Positions 13,201 through 24,097 are shown, counted from the first letter of the stretch. The stretch: DNA of 64,000 bases from an uncultured Planctomycetota bacterium (GCA_963845755.1 CAWJTV010000025.1:96001-160000); one strand, 5' to 3'. The notes: generated by a model not told the origin, from the letters alone. Translations and numbers: made by a program.

Positions 13201-13850
13201 CCAGTGGCAGTGTTGCCGGTGAGGAGGTCTCCCGTCAGCGTGGCCGTGCCTCTGTTGTACATCCCGCCGCCGTTAACGGCGGTGTTGCCGCTGACGGTGG
13301 AGTTGGTCAGCATGACCGTGCCGCCGCTCTTGCTGTACAGACCACCACCTACGTTGGCGGTGCTGCCGCTGACGGTGACGTTGGTCAGCGTGGTCGTGCC
13401 CGCGCTGTACAGCCCGCCGCCGCCGCCGCTCACGGAGCCACCGGTGATCGTCAGGCCGGAGAGCGAGGCGGTGACGCTGCTATTGACGTGGAACACGCCG
13501 CTGGCGTTATTGCCGCTGATCGTCACGCCCCCCGACGGGCCCGTGATGTACTGAGTCCCGGTCGTGTTGCTGATCGTGAGCTGGCCTGACAACGTAATCG
13601 TCTCGCCGGAGAGGCCCGCGGCAAAGTCGATCGTGTTAGCCCCCGAGTTCGCGTTCGCCAGGCCGAGCTCATAGGTCAGCGAGCCGGAAGTGCCGACGTT
13701 GCCGCTGTTGTTGGTCACCTGGAACACCGACATCAGCCGCCGGTCCTCCAGCGTCATGACCGTCGGTCGCACCCTCAGTTGCCGCCATGGCCGGCCCGCG
13801 ACCGTCAACTGCCTGCGTCGTCGCTGATCCTTCGCTCCGTTGCGACCCAT
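1..13850 (-). CDS. Giant secreted/surface adhesin-like protein (>4600 aa, 3' end beyond window; apparent frameshift near 10400)
   Basis: ATG at 13850 with GGAGAAG upstream. N-terminus MGRNGAKDQRRRRQ...PTVMTLEDRRLMS matches the planctomycete extracellular-protein motif. GGG(L/I)/FSGN beta-helix repeats. Five modules ending GGPT(x)TxxLLxGSPAIxAG...TTDQRG...DIGA(F/Y) near 12560, 11350, 10375, 8895 and 7760. FHA-like repeats ~5200-7000. The same kind of sequence continues in another frame after ~10400 and reaches base 1. Confidence 0.9.
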
Positions 13851-14619
13851 CAACTTCTCCTCTGGTGATGTACAACCCCGGATGATGAATGTAATGATCA
13901 GAACTCCACGAACGCCCCTACACGGCTGGCTGTGGGTCTCGACCGGACCTGCCCCGTTCCGAGTTAGTACGGCCCGCACCGCGTCGGGCACTACGAATGA
14001 TTTCTCCAGCATGAATCCCGGTAATGCCCGCGACGTGGCGGGCGCGAGGCCAGTGGCCGTCGTCGTGCCGGCCGGAAGGGTCGAGGTGGGCTGCGACCGG
14101 ACGAACCGCGACGACATCACGGACAACATCCCGGAGGTCGTCACGGCCCGCAGTCGGCTCGCGGGGCGAGGCCGCTGGATCCAACGTTTCGATCATCAGT
14201 TTGCTTCTTCAGCGCAAGGATTCAAAACGTGCGTATGGCATCAGCGATGCCGTGTTTTCTCGCGTCGTCCCAATCGCCTTCGGCGGCGATGTAAGAATCC
14301 AGCACGTGGCAGTATAGAGCAACGCACTTATGTGTGCCTATCCCTTGGGATGTTGTTCGTTACGAGGTTCGAAACACAGGAACCTTGGTCGTCTTGAAGA
14401 TCTCCGGCCGCCCCATCGTCGGTCCAATGCCAAACTCGCTGGAATCAACAACTTCGGCCTGCGAGGGGATCGTCGTTGTTTGCCCGTGGCCTTCGTTGAC
14501 CTCGTGCGCCCCCAACCACGGATCGTATCCGCACGCTTTCTTTCCAAAAGGTTCGCCTTTTTTGGCGCACCGGTCGTGCGAATCGAAGGTTCGAGTGATG
14601 CCATCATTCTTCTCAATGG

Positions 14620-14742
14620 GTGCGAGGACGGAACACCTTGCGCGGCGAGGACCTTTCGACGCAGCGATCGCCGATAGGATGTGTCCGAGCCGCGACCGGC
14701 CCGAGCACCTAGGCCGCCCAGATCACCGGACGACCGATCCAT
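14620..14742 (-). pseudogene. Probable 5' remnant of an ECF sigma factor gene
   Basis: ATG at 14742 sits at nearly the same distance from the conserved motif as the intact ECF start at 22922. MDRSSGD...SYRRSLRRKV weakly resembles MDQTPGD...QYRDQLRRMV. Confidence 0.4.
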
Positions 14743-14795
14743 GAAGGTGCGATACCTCTTATCTGTGCGCCAGTCTGAAAGCGGGACAAAAAAAA
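14743..14795 (-). promoter_or_regulatory. Conserved upstream motif copy C (putative ECF promoter)
   Basis: TTTTTTTTGTCCCGCTTTCAGACTGGCGCACAGATAAGAGGTATCG, homologous to the copies at 18161-18208 and 22930-22976. Confidence 0.6.
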
Positions 14796-15029
14796 TCGAA
14801 AATGGCAAACTCAATGCGAGACACCGGCGGCTCCAGGTCGTTGAAACAGGCATCCGGATTGTGGCGGTATCGGCGCGGCGTCCGCCCCGATTCACGCCGC
14901 AAGTCCAACTCGGCTCTCAGGTTCTTCCAGGCCTCCCCGGAGCCCGGGCCCAACGCCAAACCGTCTTCTCTCCGCAGCCACGTTGCCAGCCCCGAGATCA
15001 CCCGCGCCGAGTCCATCACGACCAAGTCC

Positions 15030-15330
15030 GGCGCGGCCCGGCACCGACCGCTGGCCCGTGCTCGCGGCCCGGCGCGGGTGGCAGCTGCCTTGGCGGCGTC
15101 AGTCCGACCGAGCGCGTGCTCGGCGAGGGACAGGTCATGCCAGTCGGCGAACTCGCCGCCGTGAGGGTGGAAAGGTATGGCGTCATGCGGCGCCGCCTCC
15201 TCCCGGGACCGGCCGACCCGGCACAAGAGCTCACCGCAGTCGTTGCAGTGCACCCACCAGACTTGCCGCATCCGACCTTCGCCGCCGCCTCGGCCTTCTT
15301 CGTCGCGACGAGCGAGGCCAGGCGAGGGGT
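15030..15330 (-). pseudogene. Possible degenerate TPR-tail fragment of another kinase
   Basis: GELLCRVGRSREEAA...ADWHDLSLAEHALGRTDAAKAAA resembles the adjacent kinase tail GGLLLRAGRVDEAI...TDWAYLAMAHAKKGDLAEARR. Confidence 0.3.
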
Positions 15331-15334
15331 CGGT

Positions 15335-17363
15335 TCATCTCGGCCCCGGACTCAGAAAGGGATCGCTTGGAAACCCGATATCGAAGAGCAGTGACTCGGC
15401 CTCGCCTCGGAGGAGGGCCAGTTCCTGGAGATCCCAGAAAGATGACGACGAATCCGGACCCGCAGCGCGGAGGCGTTCGAGCGTCCTGCGAGCTTCGGCA
15501 AGGTCTCCCTTTTTTGCGTGCGCCATCGCCAGGTAGGCCCAGTCGGTGGGAATCTCCACCACCGCGGCAGTGATTCCCTCCTTCAGGCGGACGATCGCCT
15601 CATCCACCCGGCCGGCTCGGAGGAGCAGTCCTCCCAGGGCGTTCGAGAAGATGTGCCGATACAGGGGTGGGGGCGCGGGGACGGCGGACAGCCGCTTCTC
15701 GCACCATCCCATCGGTACGCGGTAGTCGTCCAGGCCCCCGGCTCCCAGGGTGAAGAACCCGGCCCCGGCGAGAGCGTTCGAGACGACCGTCGGGTCGGGT
15801 CCCTGGCCGGCCAGGAACGCCGCGCAGGCCTCGCGGTAGCCGGCGCGATCGCCCGCCTTCAGGGAGGCGATCACCCAGGCCTGGGCCAGCTCCCGGCTCA
15901 GCGGACCGGTCCGTCCGCAGCGTGCCAGCAGGCCCGCGGCCTCGGACCAGCGGCCGGCGCGGCCGAGCTCCTCGGCGCGGGGACGACCAGCCCCTCGTCG
16001 GCCCCCAGCTCGAATGGATCGGGGCCTCGGCGGCTCCTCGGTCTTGATCTGCTCGATCAGCTTGAGCCGGTCCGACGACTCGAAGCCCGGGCGGAGCGTG
16101 AGCAGTTCGTAGAGGGTCAACCCCAGTGCGTAGACGTCGGCCCGGGCGTCCCCTTCGCCCCGGGAGCGTTCGGGGGCCATGTAGCGGAGCGTCCCCAGGA
16201 TGTCGCCGCTCTGCGTCAGCCCCTCGTCATCCCCTTTGGCCAAGCCGAAATCGGCAATCCAGACCACGCCCTCGGTGTCCAGCAGCAAGTTTGACGGCTT
16301 GACGTCCCGGTGCACGATCCCGCGCGTGGGCGTAGGCGAGGCCGCCGGCCACCTGCCGGCCGATCTGAGCCAGGCTGCGGAAGAACGCGCGCCGACCCGA
16401 CTCGACCGAGGAGAGCTGAGTCCCCCCGGGTAAGATCGCCGAGGTTGATGATGGGGAGGCCGAGGGCGACAAGGCGGGTGCGGACGGATGGGCCATCCCC
16501 AGGTCGGTTGCCTGGCCCACGGTCGCGGTCCGCGTCAGCGCGTGGTCGGATCCGGCCGCTCGACGGTCCGTCCCCGTCGCGGTCGGTGCCGCGAGGCCGT
16601 CGGTGAGGGTGCCGGCCCGCATCGACGGCGAGGCAACCAGCGGATCCGGGCCCTGGCCGCCGGGGTCGAACCGACCGGTCAGGATGGACCGCACGACCGC
16701 GCTGACCTCGACCCCTGAGTCGAGGGTCGGCGTGTCGATGCCATGGCGAGAGGGCTCTCCCTGGGGCCGCGGCGACCGGCCCCCGAAGGGCGCTTTGATC
16801 CCGGGCCGGGATCGGGCCCGGTCCAGAAGCTGCCGCAACTCGTCAATGACGGCGTCGAGCCCCAGGCCATCGATGAACTGCATGGCATAGAACCGGACAT
16901 CCCCGTCCTGGCCGATCTCATGGACCGGCACGATGTTGGTGTGGTGCAGCTTGGCCGCGGCGCGGGCCTCGCGGCGGAACCGCTCCTGGACCACCCGGTC
17001 GGCGGAGGCCTGCCCCGGCAGGACCTTCAGCGCCACGCGGCGGCCCAGCGAGATCTGCTCGGCCTCGTAGACCACCCCCATCCCGCCCCGGCCCACCTCG
17101 CGGAGGATCCGGTAGTCGCCGAGCTGCCTGAGACGCGGGATCGGGGCCGGCGGCGGCTGGATCGCCTCGTCGCGGGCGTCCTACTCGACCTGCTCGACCT
17201 CGACCAGGGCCGGGAACATCTCCCGGATCTCCTCGGCCATCGCTGGCAGGCGGTCGACATACTCCTGCACGCTCGGCCGCTCGCCCCGGCGATAACGCTC
17301 GGCGTACTCCTCGGCCAGCTCATCGAACCGGCCATAGTCGCGAGTACCGGATTCTGTGGACAT
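15335..17363 (-). pseudogene. Ser/Thr protein kinase with TPR-like tail (unit 1); in-frame TAG and internal deletion
   Basis: [19 protein letters not shown] start, [39 protein letters not shown] at 17181-17183 where unit 3 has Glu. The kinase C-lobe (EEPPRPRSI) joins directly to a TPR-like tail and lacks the [12 protein letters not shown] segment, TM helix and WD40 region seen in paralogues. Confidence 0.75.
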
Positions 17364-17365
17364 CG

Positions 17366-18003
17366 TCAGAGACCCTCCCAGCCGCCGGGCAGCGTCGCCA
17401 GTGCATCCTTGAGCCGCTTCAGGGCGCGGAAGTACCGCTTCGCCCCCGCCTCCGGCGTGATCCCGAGCACCTGGGCCACCTCGGCGCGGCCGAGCTGCTC
17501 GAAGTGTCTCAGCGCGAGCACTTCACGGTCAGTGGGGTCGAGGCTGTTCAGCGCCGCCTGGACCCTCAGCATCCGCTCGGCGCGCTGGGCCGCCTGCGTC
17601 GGTGAAGTGTGCCGGCCCAGGAGCATCGCGGCCAGCGCGGTCGAGCTGGCCCGGGGCAGGGCACCCTGGTAGAGCGAGATCTCCTGCCCCGCGTCCCGCA
17701 TTTTCGTGCCCAGGTGCTTGCGATGCAACGTCGTCAATCGCCGGCCGACGTGCAACCGCAGCCAGAGCAGGGGGGGAGCTTCGGGTCGGCCAGGTAGGCG
17801 TCCAGGTCGCCGGCGACGTCGAGGAACGCCTCCTGGACGACATCCGACGCGTCGAGTCGGGCGCGCAGCCGCTGGTCCAGGCGCAGCTCCACCATGCGCC
17901 GGAGCTGGTCGCGATACTGTTCGAACAGGATCGCCAGCGCCTGGCGGTCGCCGCCGCGGAGCTGCTCGATCGGGTCGATCGGGTCGCCGGGTGTTTGATC
18001 CAT
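17366..18003 (-). CDS. ECF sigma-70 factor, planctomycete kinase-associated type (frameshift ~17775)
   Basis: MDQTPGDPIDPIEQLRGGDRQALA...[13 protein letters not shown]...[41 protein letters not shown]; its stop lies 2 nt from the kinase ATG. Confidence 0.9.
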
Positions 18004-18011
18004 GGGGGTCC

Positions 18012-18160
18012 TTAACGCGGCCTTCGGCCGCAACCCAATCGGGATTCCCGATTCGAGATTCCGGATTCCCGAAGGGGAATGATCCGGGAATCCGGAATCG
18101 CGAATCCGGAATTCGGAATCCCCAGAGGCGCGGCGGCGCAGGGATCCTACGGAGGACGAC
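18012..18160. repeat. Inserted palindromic element: GCGGCCTTCGGCCGC hairpin plus inverted heptamer arrays
   Basis: (NNGATTC)x4 at 18041-18068 faces (GAATYNN)x5 at ~18087-18121. Absent between promoter motif and ATG in the paralogous unit at 22922. Confidence 0.75.
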
Positions 18161-18208
18161 TCTATACCCTTTATCTGCGCGTCGGTCGGAAAGCAGGACG
18201 GGAAAAAA
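18161..18208 (-). promoter_or_regulatory. Conserved upstream motif copy B (putative ECF promoter)
   Basis: TTTTTTCCCGTCCTGCTTTCCGACCGACGCGCAGATAAAGGGTATAGA. Confidence 0.6.
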
Positions 18209-18259
18209 GGGAATTGGGATCGTAATGGGCCCTCCCGGATTCGCGGAGGGCTTCATGGT

Positions 18260-21200
18260 GTTATGGGTGGAGTTGCATCCGACGACCTCGAACCCGACTG
18301 TGCACCCTGGCGGATCGCTTCCCGGGCTGCTCTGCGGCCGTGCATCGGCCGCCTCGGTCTTACCGTTGGGCGCGGTGGCGTTGCCAGCGGCCGAGAGGGT
18401 GGCCTCGGGAGCGGCTTCCCAGAGCTTCAGGCTACGGTCCTCGCTGACCGAGGCGAGCGTCCGGCCGTCGGGGCTGAACGCGACGTTCCGGATGTGTCCC
18501 GCGTGCCCCTTGAGGACCAGCAAGGTCTGCTTGCTGGCCGGGTCCCAGAGGCGGATGGTCTTGTCCCAGCCGGACGAAGCGAGCCGGCCGTCGGGGCTGA
18601 ACGCGAGGCCATAGACTTCGTCGATGTGCCCTTCCAGAATGCCTCGAGGCGAGCCGTCGGCGCCATCCCACAGCCGCACTGTCCTGTCTTCGGACGCCGT
18701 CGCGAGGGTCCGGCCGTCGGGACTGAACGCGACCGTGTTCACATCGCCGGTATGTCCCCGGAGTGTGACGCGGGCCTGCCGGGTGGCCGGGTCCCAGAGG
18801 TGGCACGTCCCGTGACTGCTGGCTGAGGCGAGCGTGCGGCCGTCGGGGCTCAGCGCCAGGCCAAAAACCTCCGCGGAGTAGCCTTGGAGGACATACCGGA
18901 CGGCCCCGGTCGTAGGGTCCCAGGCCCGGATCGTGCCATCATGGCCGCCCGAGAGGAGAGTCTGGCCGTCCGGCGTGAAGACCAGCCCGCCGATCTCGTC
19001 GATGTGTCCGGTGAGCGTGTGCCGGTGCTGGCCGTTGGCGGCGTCCCAGAGCCGCACCACGCCGGCTTTGTCACCGGAAGCGATGGTGCGGCGATCGGGG
19101 CTGAACGCGACGCACATGATGGGATGCGTGTGGCCCATGATCACGTGCAGTGCCCGCCCCGACGGGAGTTCCCAGACCCGCAGGGCGCGGTCGTCGTGGC
19201 CCGAGACGAGACGGTGGCCGTCGGGGCTGTACGCCAGGCATTCCACGGTCCCGCCGTAGGTCAGCACGGAAGGGCTCCGGAGGGTGCGGGGACGGGGCGG
19301 GCTGGCGGCATCCCAGACCCGCACCATCCGGTCGGCGCCCGCCGAGGCGATGTCCTTGCCGTCGGCGCTGAAGGCCACGGCGCGGACCTCGTCGGTGTGA
19401 CCCTTGAAGGTGCGAAGGTCCTGGCCTGTGGCGGTGTCCCAGACCTTCACCGTCTCGTCCGCTGAGCTCGTCACGATCGTCGCGTTATCGGGCCCGTAGG
19501 CCAGCGACGTCATTGGACCGTTGTGTCCCCGGGTCACCGATAGCTCCGCCCCCGTACGGGCATCCCAGGTCCGGAGGGACCGGTCGAGTCCGGTGGAGGC
19601 GATCCGACGGCCATCCGGGCTGAAGGCCACGGCGCGGACCTCGTCGGTGTGCCCGACCAGTTCGGCGAGCGGCGTCTGGGGGTCGTCGTGGTTCCAGAGC
19701 TTGACTTTCTTGTCGAAGCTGGCGGAGGCGATCGTGTGGCCATCGGGGCTGAACGCGACGGCGGCGACCGGGCCTTGGTGTCTACCGAATCGTCTATGGA
19801 TCAGATGGCCGTCGCGGGCATCCCAGACCCGCATGGTGTGTTTCGCGAGGGCGGCGACGAGGGTCCGGCCATCGGGGCTCCAGGCCAGCCCCAGGACCGC
19901 GCCCGGAGGACCCTCGAAGCTGAGGGTGAGCCGGCCCGAGTCGAGGGCGTAGAGCGAGAGGCTCCTGTCGGGGCCCGGCCCGGCGAGGCGGCGACCGTCG
20001 GGGCTGAATGCCAGGGCAGCGACGCCGCCGGCCAGATCCGCTCGCCGGCGCTCAGTCGTAACTCCCGTCGTCAGCCGGGATTTCCCGGTGTACCGGTCCC
20101 AGAGCTGAATGCGGCCTCTCCCCTCGAGACCGGCGAGGGTCTGTCCGTCGGGGCTGAACACCACATCGACGAAACTGTCATCCTGGGCCGGGAGCGCGAG
20201 CCGTTCCTCGTGGCCGAGCTGCCAGAGATAGCGCCACTCCCAGCCGCGGAAGTCGGACTCGTTTGGGGTTGGCCGCAGCAGGTCGAGGAGAGTTCGAAGG
20301 CGGCCCACGTCTGCGGTGCTCCAGGCGGCCAGGGCCAGGTTGGAGCGGGTGGCGTACACGGTCCGGCGCAGCTCCTCCTGAGTGTCGAGGAGGCTGGCGT
20401 TGGCCCGGTCGGCCTTCGTGCGGGCCGCGGCCTCCTCTACCCGTGCGCGATCCGCTCCCTGTCGTGCGGCCTCACGTGCGTTGGCGAGATTGCGGAACCG
20501 CTCCATCGCCACCAGCGAGCACACCGTGGCGATCACCAGCATTCCGGCAAGCAGCGCCGACCGAGCGCGGCGACGCCCGGGTTGCGCCTCGCCCATCGCC
20601 AGAGTCGCTCCGCGGCGCCGACCTGACGGGCCCGGATCGGCTCGCCGGCCAGGAACCGCCCAAGATCCTCGCCCATCGCGTCGGCCGTCTGGTACCGCGC
20701 CTTCGGGTCCTTCTCGATCGCCTTCAAGACGATCGTCTCCAGGTCCCGCGGGATCCGCCCATCGACGGAACGCGGCCGCCGGGGCTCTTCGCTCTTGATC
20801 TGCTCGATCATCTCGAGGCGGTCCCGGGACTCGAATCCCGGGCGGAGCGCGAGCAGCTCGTAGAGCGTCAACCCCAGCGCGTAGACGTCGGCGCGGGCGT
20901 CTGCTTCGCCCCGGAACCGCTCGGGGGACATGTAGCGGACGGTGCCCAGGACGTCGCCGCTCAGGGTCAGCCCCTCGTCGTCCCCCTTGGCCAGGCCGAA
21001 ATCGGCGATCCAGACCACGCCTTCGGTGTCCAGCAGCAGGTTCGACGGCTTGATGTCCCGGTGGGTGATCCCGCGCGCGTGGGCGTAAGCCAGGCCCCCG
21101 GCGACCTGCCGGCCGATCTGAGCCACGCTGCGAAAGTACGAGCGCCGCCCCGACTCGACGGACGAGAGCTGGGTGCCCCCGGGCAGGATCGCCGAACTTG

Positions 21201-22281
21201 ACGAAGATGAGAAGGATGACGACAGGGTCGCTGCTAGCCGATGCGGCCAGTCTGGGCCGTGCCGGTCGCCCGCGGACGCACCGGCGATCTCGGTGAGCTT
21301 CAATGCGGTGTCCGAGTCTGTTCCCGAAGGGGCAGGTCCGGACGAGCGGGGGGCGTCAGCCCCCTGTCCGGTGAGTGGCCCTCGAAGACAGGGGGCTGAC
21401 GCCCCCCGCTCGCCCTTCCGGAACTGACTCTCAGACCCGGTCGCGACCCGTTCCATCCCGGTCCCGAACTCGGTCGTGGGGCCTCCGGCGGGGGCCGTGG
21501 CCCGCATCGATGATGAGCCGGCCTCCCGCTCCGGGTGCCCGCTGCCAGGGTCGAACCGACCGCTGAGCATCGACTGCAACACCGGGCTGACCGCGATGCT
21601 CTGGCTGGAGTGCTCCGGGCGAGGCCAGAGCGACGGGTCGGGCGAGCGGGGGGCGTCAGCCCCCTGTCCGGTGAGCGACGGCTCTCCAAGACAGGGGGCT
21701 GACGCCCGCGCTCGCCCTTCCGGAACTGACTCTCAGACCTTTCTCGCAGCCGACGCAGTTCGGTGATGACCAGGTCCAGGCCCTGACCCTGGATAAACTG
21801 CATGGCATAGAAGCGGACATCGCCGTCCTGGCCGACCTCGTAGACCGGCACGATGTTGGTGTGGTGCAGCTTGGCCGCGGCGCGGGCCTCGCGGCGGAAC
21901 CGCTCGCGGCACGGTCCGGTCGCCGGACGCCTGCCGCGGCAGAACCTTCAGCGCCACGCGGCGGCCCAGCGAGATCTGCTCGGCCTCGTAGACCACCCCC
22001 ATTCCGCCACGGCCGATCTCGCGCACGATCCGGTAATCGCCGAGCTCTCTGAGAAGCGGGGCGGCGGGCTGCCGCGGGTGCGCGTCGTCGCAGACGTCCC
22101 GCTCGACCAGTTCGACCTCAATCAGGGCCGGGAACATCTCCCGGATCTCGTCGGCCATCTCGGGCAGGCGGTGAACATACTCCTCCAGGCTCGGCCGCTC
22201 GCCCAGGCGATACCGCTGGACGAACTCCTCGGCCAGCTCGTCGAACCGCCCATATTCGCGGGTACCGAATTCCGTGGACAT
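18260..22281 (-). CDS. Ser/Thr protein kinase with TM helix and WD40 repeats (unit 2; several frameshifts, 3' end approximate)
   Basis: [46 protein letters not shown], hydrophobic segment, then many [15 protein letters not shown]...LWD repeats. Confidence 0.9.
21314..21430. mobile_element. 117-bp MITE-like palindromic element inserted in frame in kinase 2
   Basis: Ends GAGTCTGTTCC...GGAACTGACTC; internal GAGCGGGGGGCGTCAGCCCCCTG / CAGGGGGCTGACGCCCCCCGCTC. Absent from the aligned position in kinase 1. Confidence 0.8.
21641..21732. repeat. Second copy of the same palindrome in kinase 2 (one terminus only)
   Basis: GGGCGAGCGGGGGGCGTCAGCCCCCTG...CAGGGGGCTGACGCCCGCGCTCGCCCTTCCGGAACTGACTC. Confidence 0.8.
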
Positions 22282-22283
22282 GG

Positions 22284-22922
22284 TCAGGGGCCTTCCCACC
22301 CACCTTGCAGGGTCGCCAGGAGGTCTTTGAGCCGCTTCAATGCGCGGAAATACCGCTTCGCCCCGGCATCCGGACTGATCCCGAGTACCATCGCCGCCTC
22401 GGCGCGGCTGAGCTGTTCGAAGTGTCTCAACGCCAGCACCTCGCGGTCAATAGGATCGAGGCGATTCAGGGCCGCCTGGACCCTCAGCAGCCGCTCGGCG
22501 CGCTCGGCCGCCTGGGTCGGCGAGGTGAGCTGACCCAGGAGCATCGCAGCCAGCGCGGCGGAGCTGGCCTGGGGCAGGGCACCCTGGTAGAGCGAGATCT
22601 CCTGCCCGGCGTCCCGCATCTTGGTCCCCAGGTGTTGGCGATGCAGCCTCGTCAGCCGCCGCCCGACGTGCAAGCGCAACCACAACAACGGGGGAAGTTT
22701 CGGATCGGCCAGGTAGGCGTCGAGGTCGCTGCGCGACGTCGAGGAACGCCTCCTGGACGACATCCGACGCGTCGAGCCGGGGCGCAGCCGAGGGTCGATC
22801 CGCAACTCCACCATGCGCCGGAGCCGCTGGCGATGCTGTTCGAACAGGGTTGCCAGCGCCTGGCAGTCGCAGCCGCGCAGCAACGCGATCGGGTCGTCGG
22901 TGTTGCCAGGTGTCTTGTTCAT
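22284..22922 (-). CDS. ECF sigma-70 factor, planctomycete kinase-associated type (compensating frameshifts ~22735-22780)
   Basis: Paralogue of 17366-18003: [39 protein letters not shown]; coupled to the downstream kinase. Confidence 0.9.
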   Translation of the reverse strand: MNKTPGNTDDPIALLRGCDCQALATLFEQHRQRLRRMVELRIDPRLRPGSTRRMSSRRRSSTSRSDLDAYLADPKLPPLLWLRLHVGRRLTRLHRQHLGTKMRDAGQEISLYQGALPQASSAALAAMLLGQLTSPTQAAERAERLLRVQAALNRLDPIDREVLALRHFEQLSRAEAAMVLGISPDAGAKRYFRALKRLKDLLATLQGGWEGP

Positions 22923-22929
22923 GAGGGTC

Positions 22930-22976
22930 TCGATACCCTTTATCCGGCGCCAGCCCGAAAGCAGGACCGGGAAAAA
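22930..22976 (-). promoter_or_regulatory. Conserved upstream motif copy A (putative ECF promoter)
   Basis: TTTTTCCCGGTCCTGCTTTCGGGCTGGCGCCGGATAAAGGGTATCGA immediately before the ECF ATG. Confidence 0.6.
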
Positions 22977-23234
22977 GAAGTCGGGAACGAAAAGGGGTGT
23001 TCGTCATCTATCAACCATGGGCGATTGATTGATGGTATACTTTACAAGCATGCGATGCCACGATGAGTTTCTCCATCATGGAGATCCTCGAAAGGTGCGG
23101 CGAACCGAAGAGACCTCTCAGAGTCTAGTCCCAAGAATCCCGATTTGGGATCGCCGGGGGCGCGTTTCCCTCGTTCTCGCGGGGACTGTGGGAATGAGAG
23201 CGCGTCCGAGCTGGTTCTGGTCAAGCAGTTAATC

Positions 23235-23517
23235 CAGGGTGCTCGCCTGCGCGACCCCTGGCTTTGTTGTGGATCCCCTTCGGGGAAATGTTCTTACGCC
23301 AACGGCGTTACACAGCAAAGCCCAGGGTCGCCGAAGGCGCACCCTGGGGTCGGGTTTGTCTTTACGCCGAAGGCGTTACATAACAAAGCCCAGGGTCGCC
23401 GAAGGCGCACCCTGGGGTCGGGTCGGGTCGCCGCGATCCCGTCCCACCCCTCCGCCCGTACCCCAACGGGGTTGCACAACAGGGCCCAGGGTCGCCGAAG
23501 GCGCGGCGCACCCTGGG
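23235..23517. repeat. REP-like double-hairpin cluster (1 inverted + 3 direct copies)
   Basis: Unit = small hairpin (ACGCCAACGGCGT / ACCCCAACGGGGT) followed by GCCCAGGGTCGCCGAAGGCGCACCCTGGG. Confidence 0.85.
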
Positions 23518-23539
23518 GATGCTTGCGGAAGGCGGACCC

Positions 23540-23995
23540 ATGCCCCAGTCGTTAGCCCAGATTTACCTGCATCTCATCTTCTCAACCAAGGACCGCGAGG
23601 CCTTGCTGGTGGACAAGGCCTTCCGCGAGCGGGTGCATGCGTACCTGGCGGGGACCTGCCAGAAGTACCAGAGTCCAGCCCTCATCGTTGGCGGGGTTGC
23701 CGACCATGTGCATATCCTGAATCGCCTGGGTCGTACGATCGATGTGGCGACGTTGATTCGTGAGCTCAAACGCGAGAGTTCGAAGTGGGTCAAGGAGAAC
23801 GAGCCGAAGTTGCGGGGGTTCCAATGGCAGGCCGAATATGGCGCGTTTTCGGCCAGCCCATCCCATGTGGAGGCGTTGGTTGAGTATATCAAGAATCAAG
23901 AAGATCACCACCGAACGGTGACGTTCCAGGAGGAGTTCCGCCGCATTTGCCAGAAGTAGCGGGTCGCGATCGATGAGCGTTACGCGTGGGATTGA
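23540..23995 (+). CDS. tnpA: IS200/IS605-type Y1 (HUH) transposase, RAYT-like context; premature TAG at 23957
   Basis: MPQSLAQIYLHLIFSTKDR...DHVHIL...FQWQAEYGAFS...YIKNQEDHH. Reading through the TAG gives the typical tail IDERYAWD. Confidence 0.9.
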
Positions 23996-24000
23996 GCGTT

Positions 24001-24097
24001 GTGGAACCCCGTTGGGGTACGGGAGAAAACCATGGGCCAGAAGTACCCAGGGTGCGCCTTCGGCGACCCTGGGCTTTGTTGTGGATCCCCTTCGGGG
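24001..24097. repeat. Inverted copies of the same REP-like unit downstream of tnpA
   Basis: ACCCCGTTGGGGT and CCCAGGGTGCGCCTTCGGCGACCCTGGGCTTTGTTGTGGATCCCCTTCGGGG. Confidence 0.85.

Noticed and set aside
40..13589. Long plus-strand ORFs (e.g. 2173-4284, 5653-8112, 11484-13589)
   Set aside because: Antisense shadows of the repetitive high-GC minus-strand gene; they mirror its period and have no recognisable motifs.
13851..14144. Upstream extension of the giant ORF to 14144
   Set aside because: The ATG at 13850 has an RBS and starts the expected basic leader; the extension has no features.
17366..20596. Apparent 1076-aa WD40-sigma fusion ORF
   Set aside because: It runs through the promoter motif and inserted element and picks up the sigma only after a frameshift; the paralogous units show separate genes.
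23235..23517. Repeats beside tnpA as a CRISPR array
   Set aside because: Mixed orientation, irregular spacing and a hairpin composition typical of REP-like elements.
17181..23959. In-frame TAG codons (17181, 23957) as stop-codon reassignment
   Set aside because: The expected residues differ (Glu vs probably Tyr), each is one substitution from TAG, and TAG ends another gene normally (54974).
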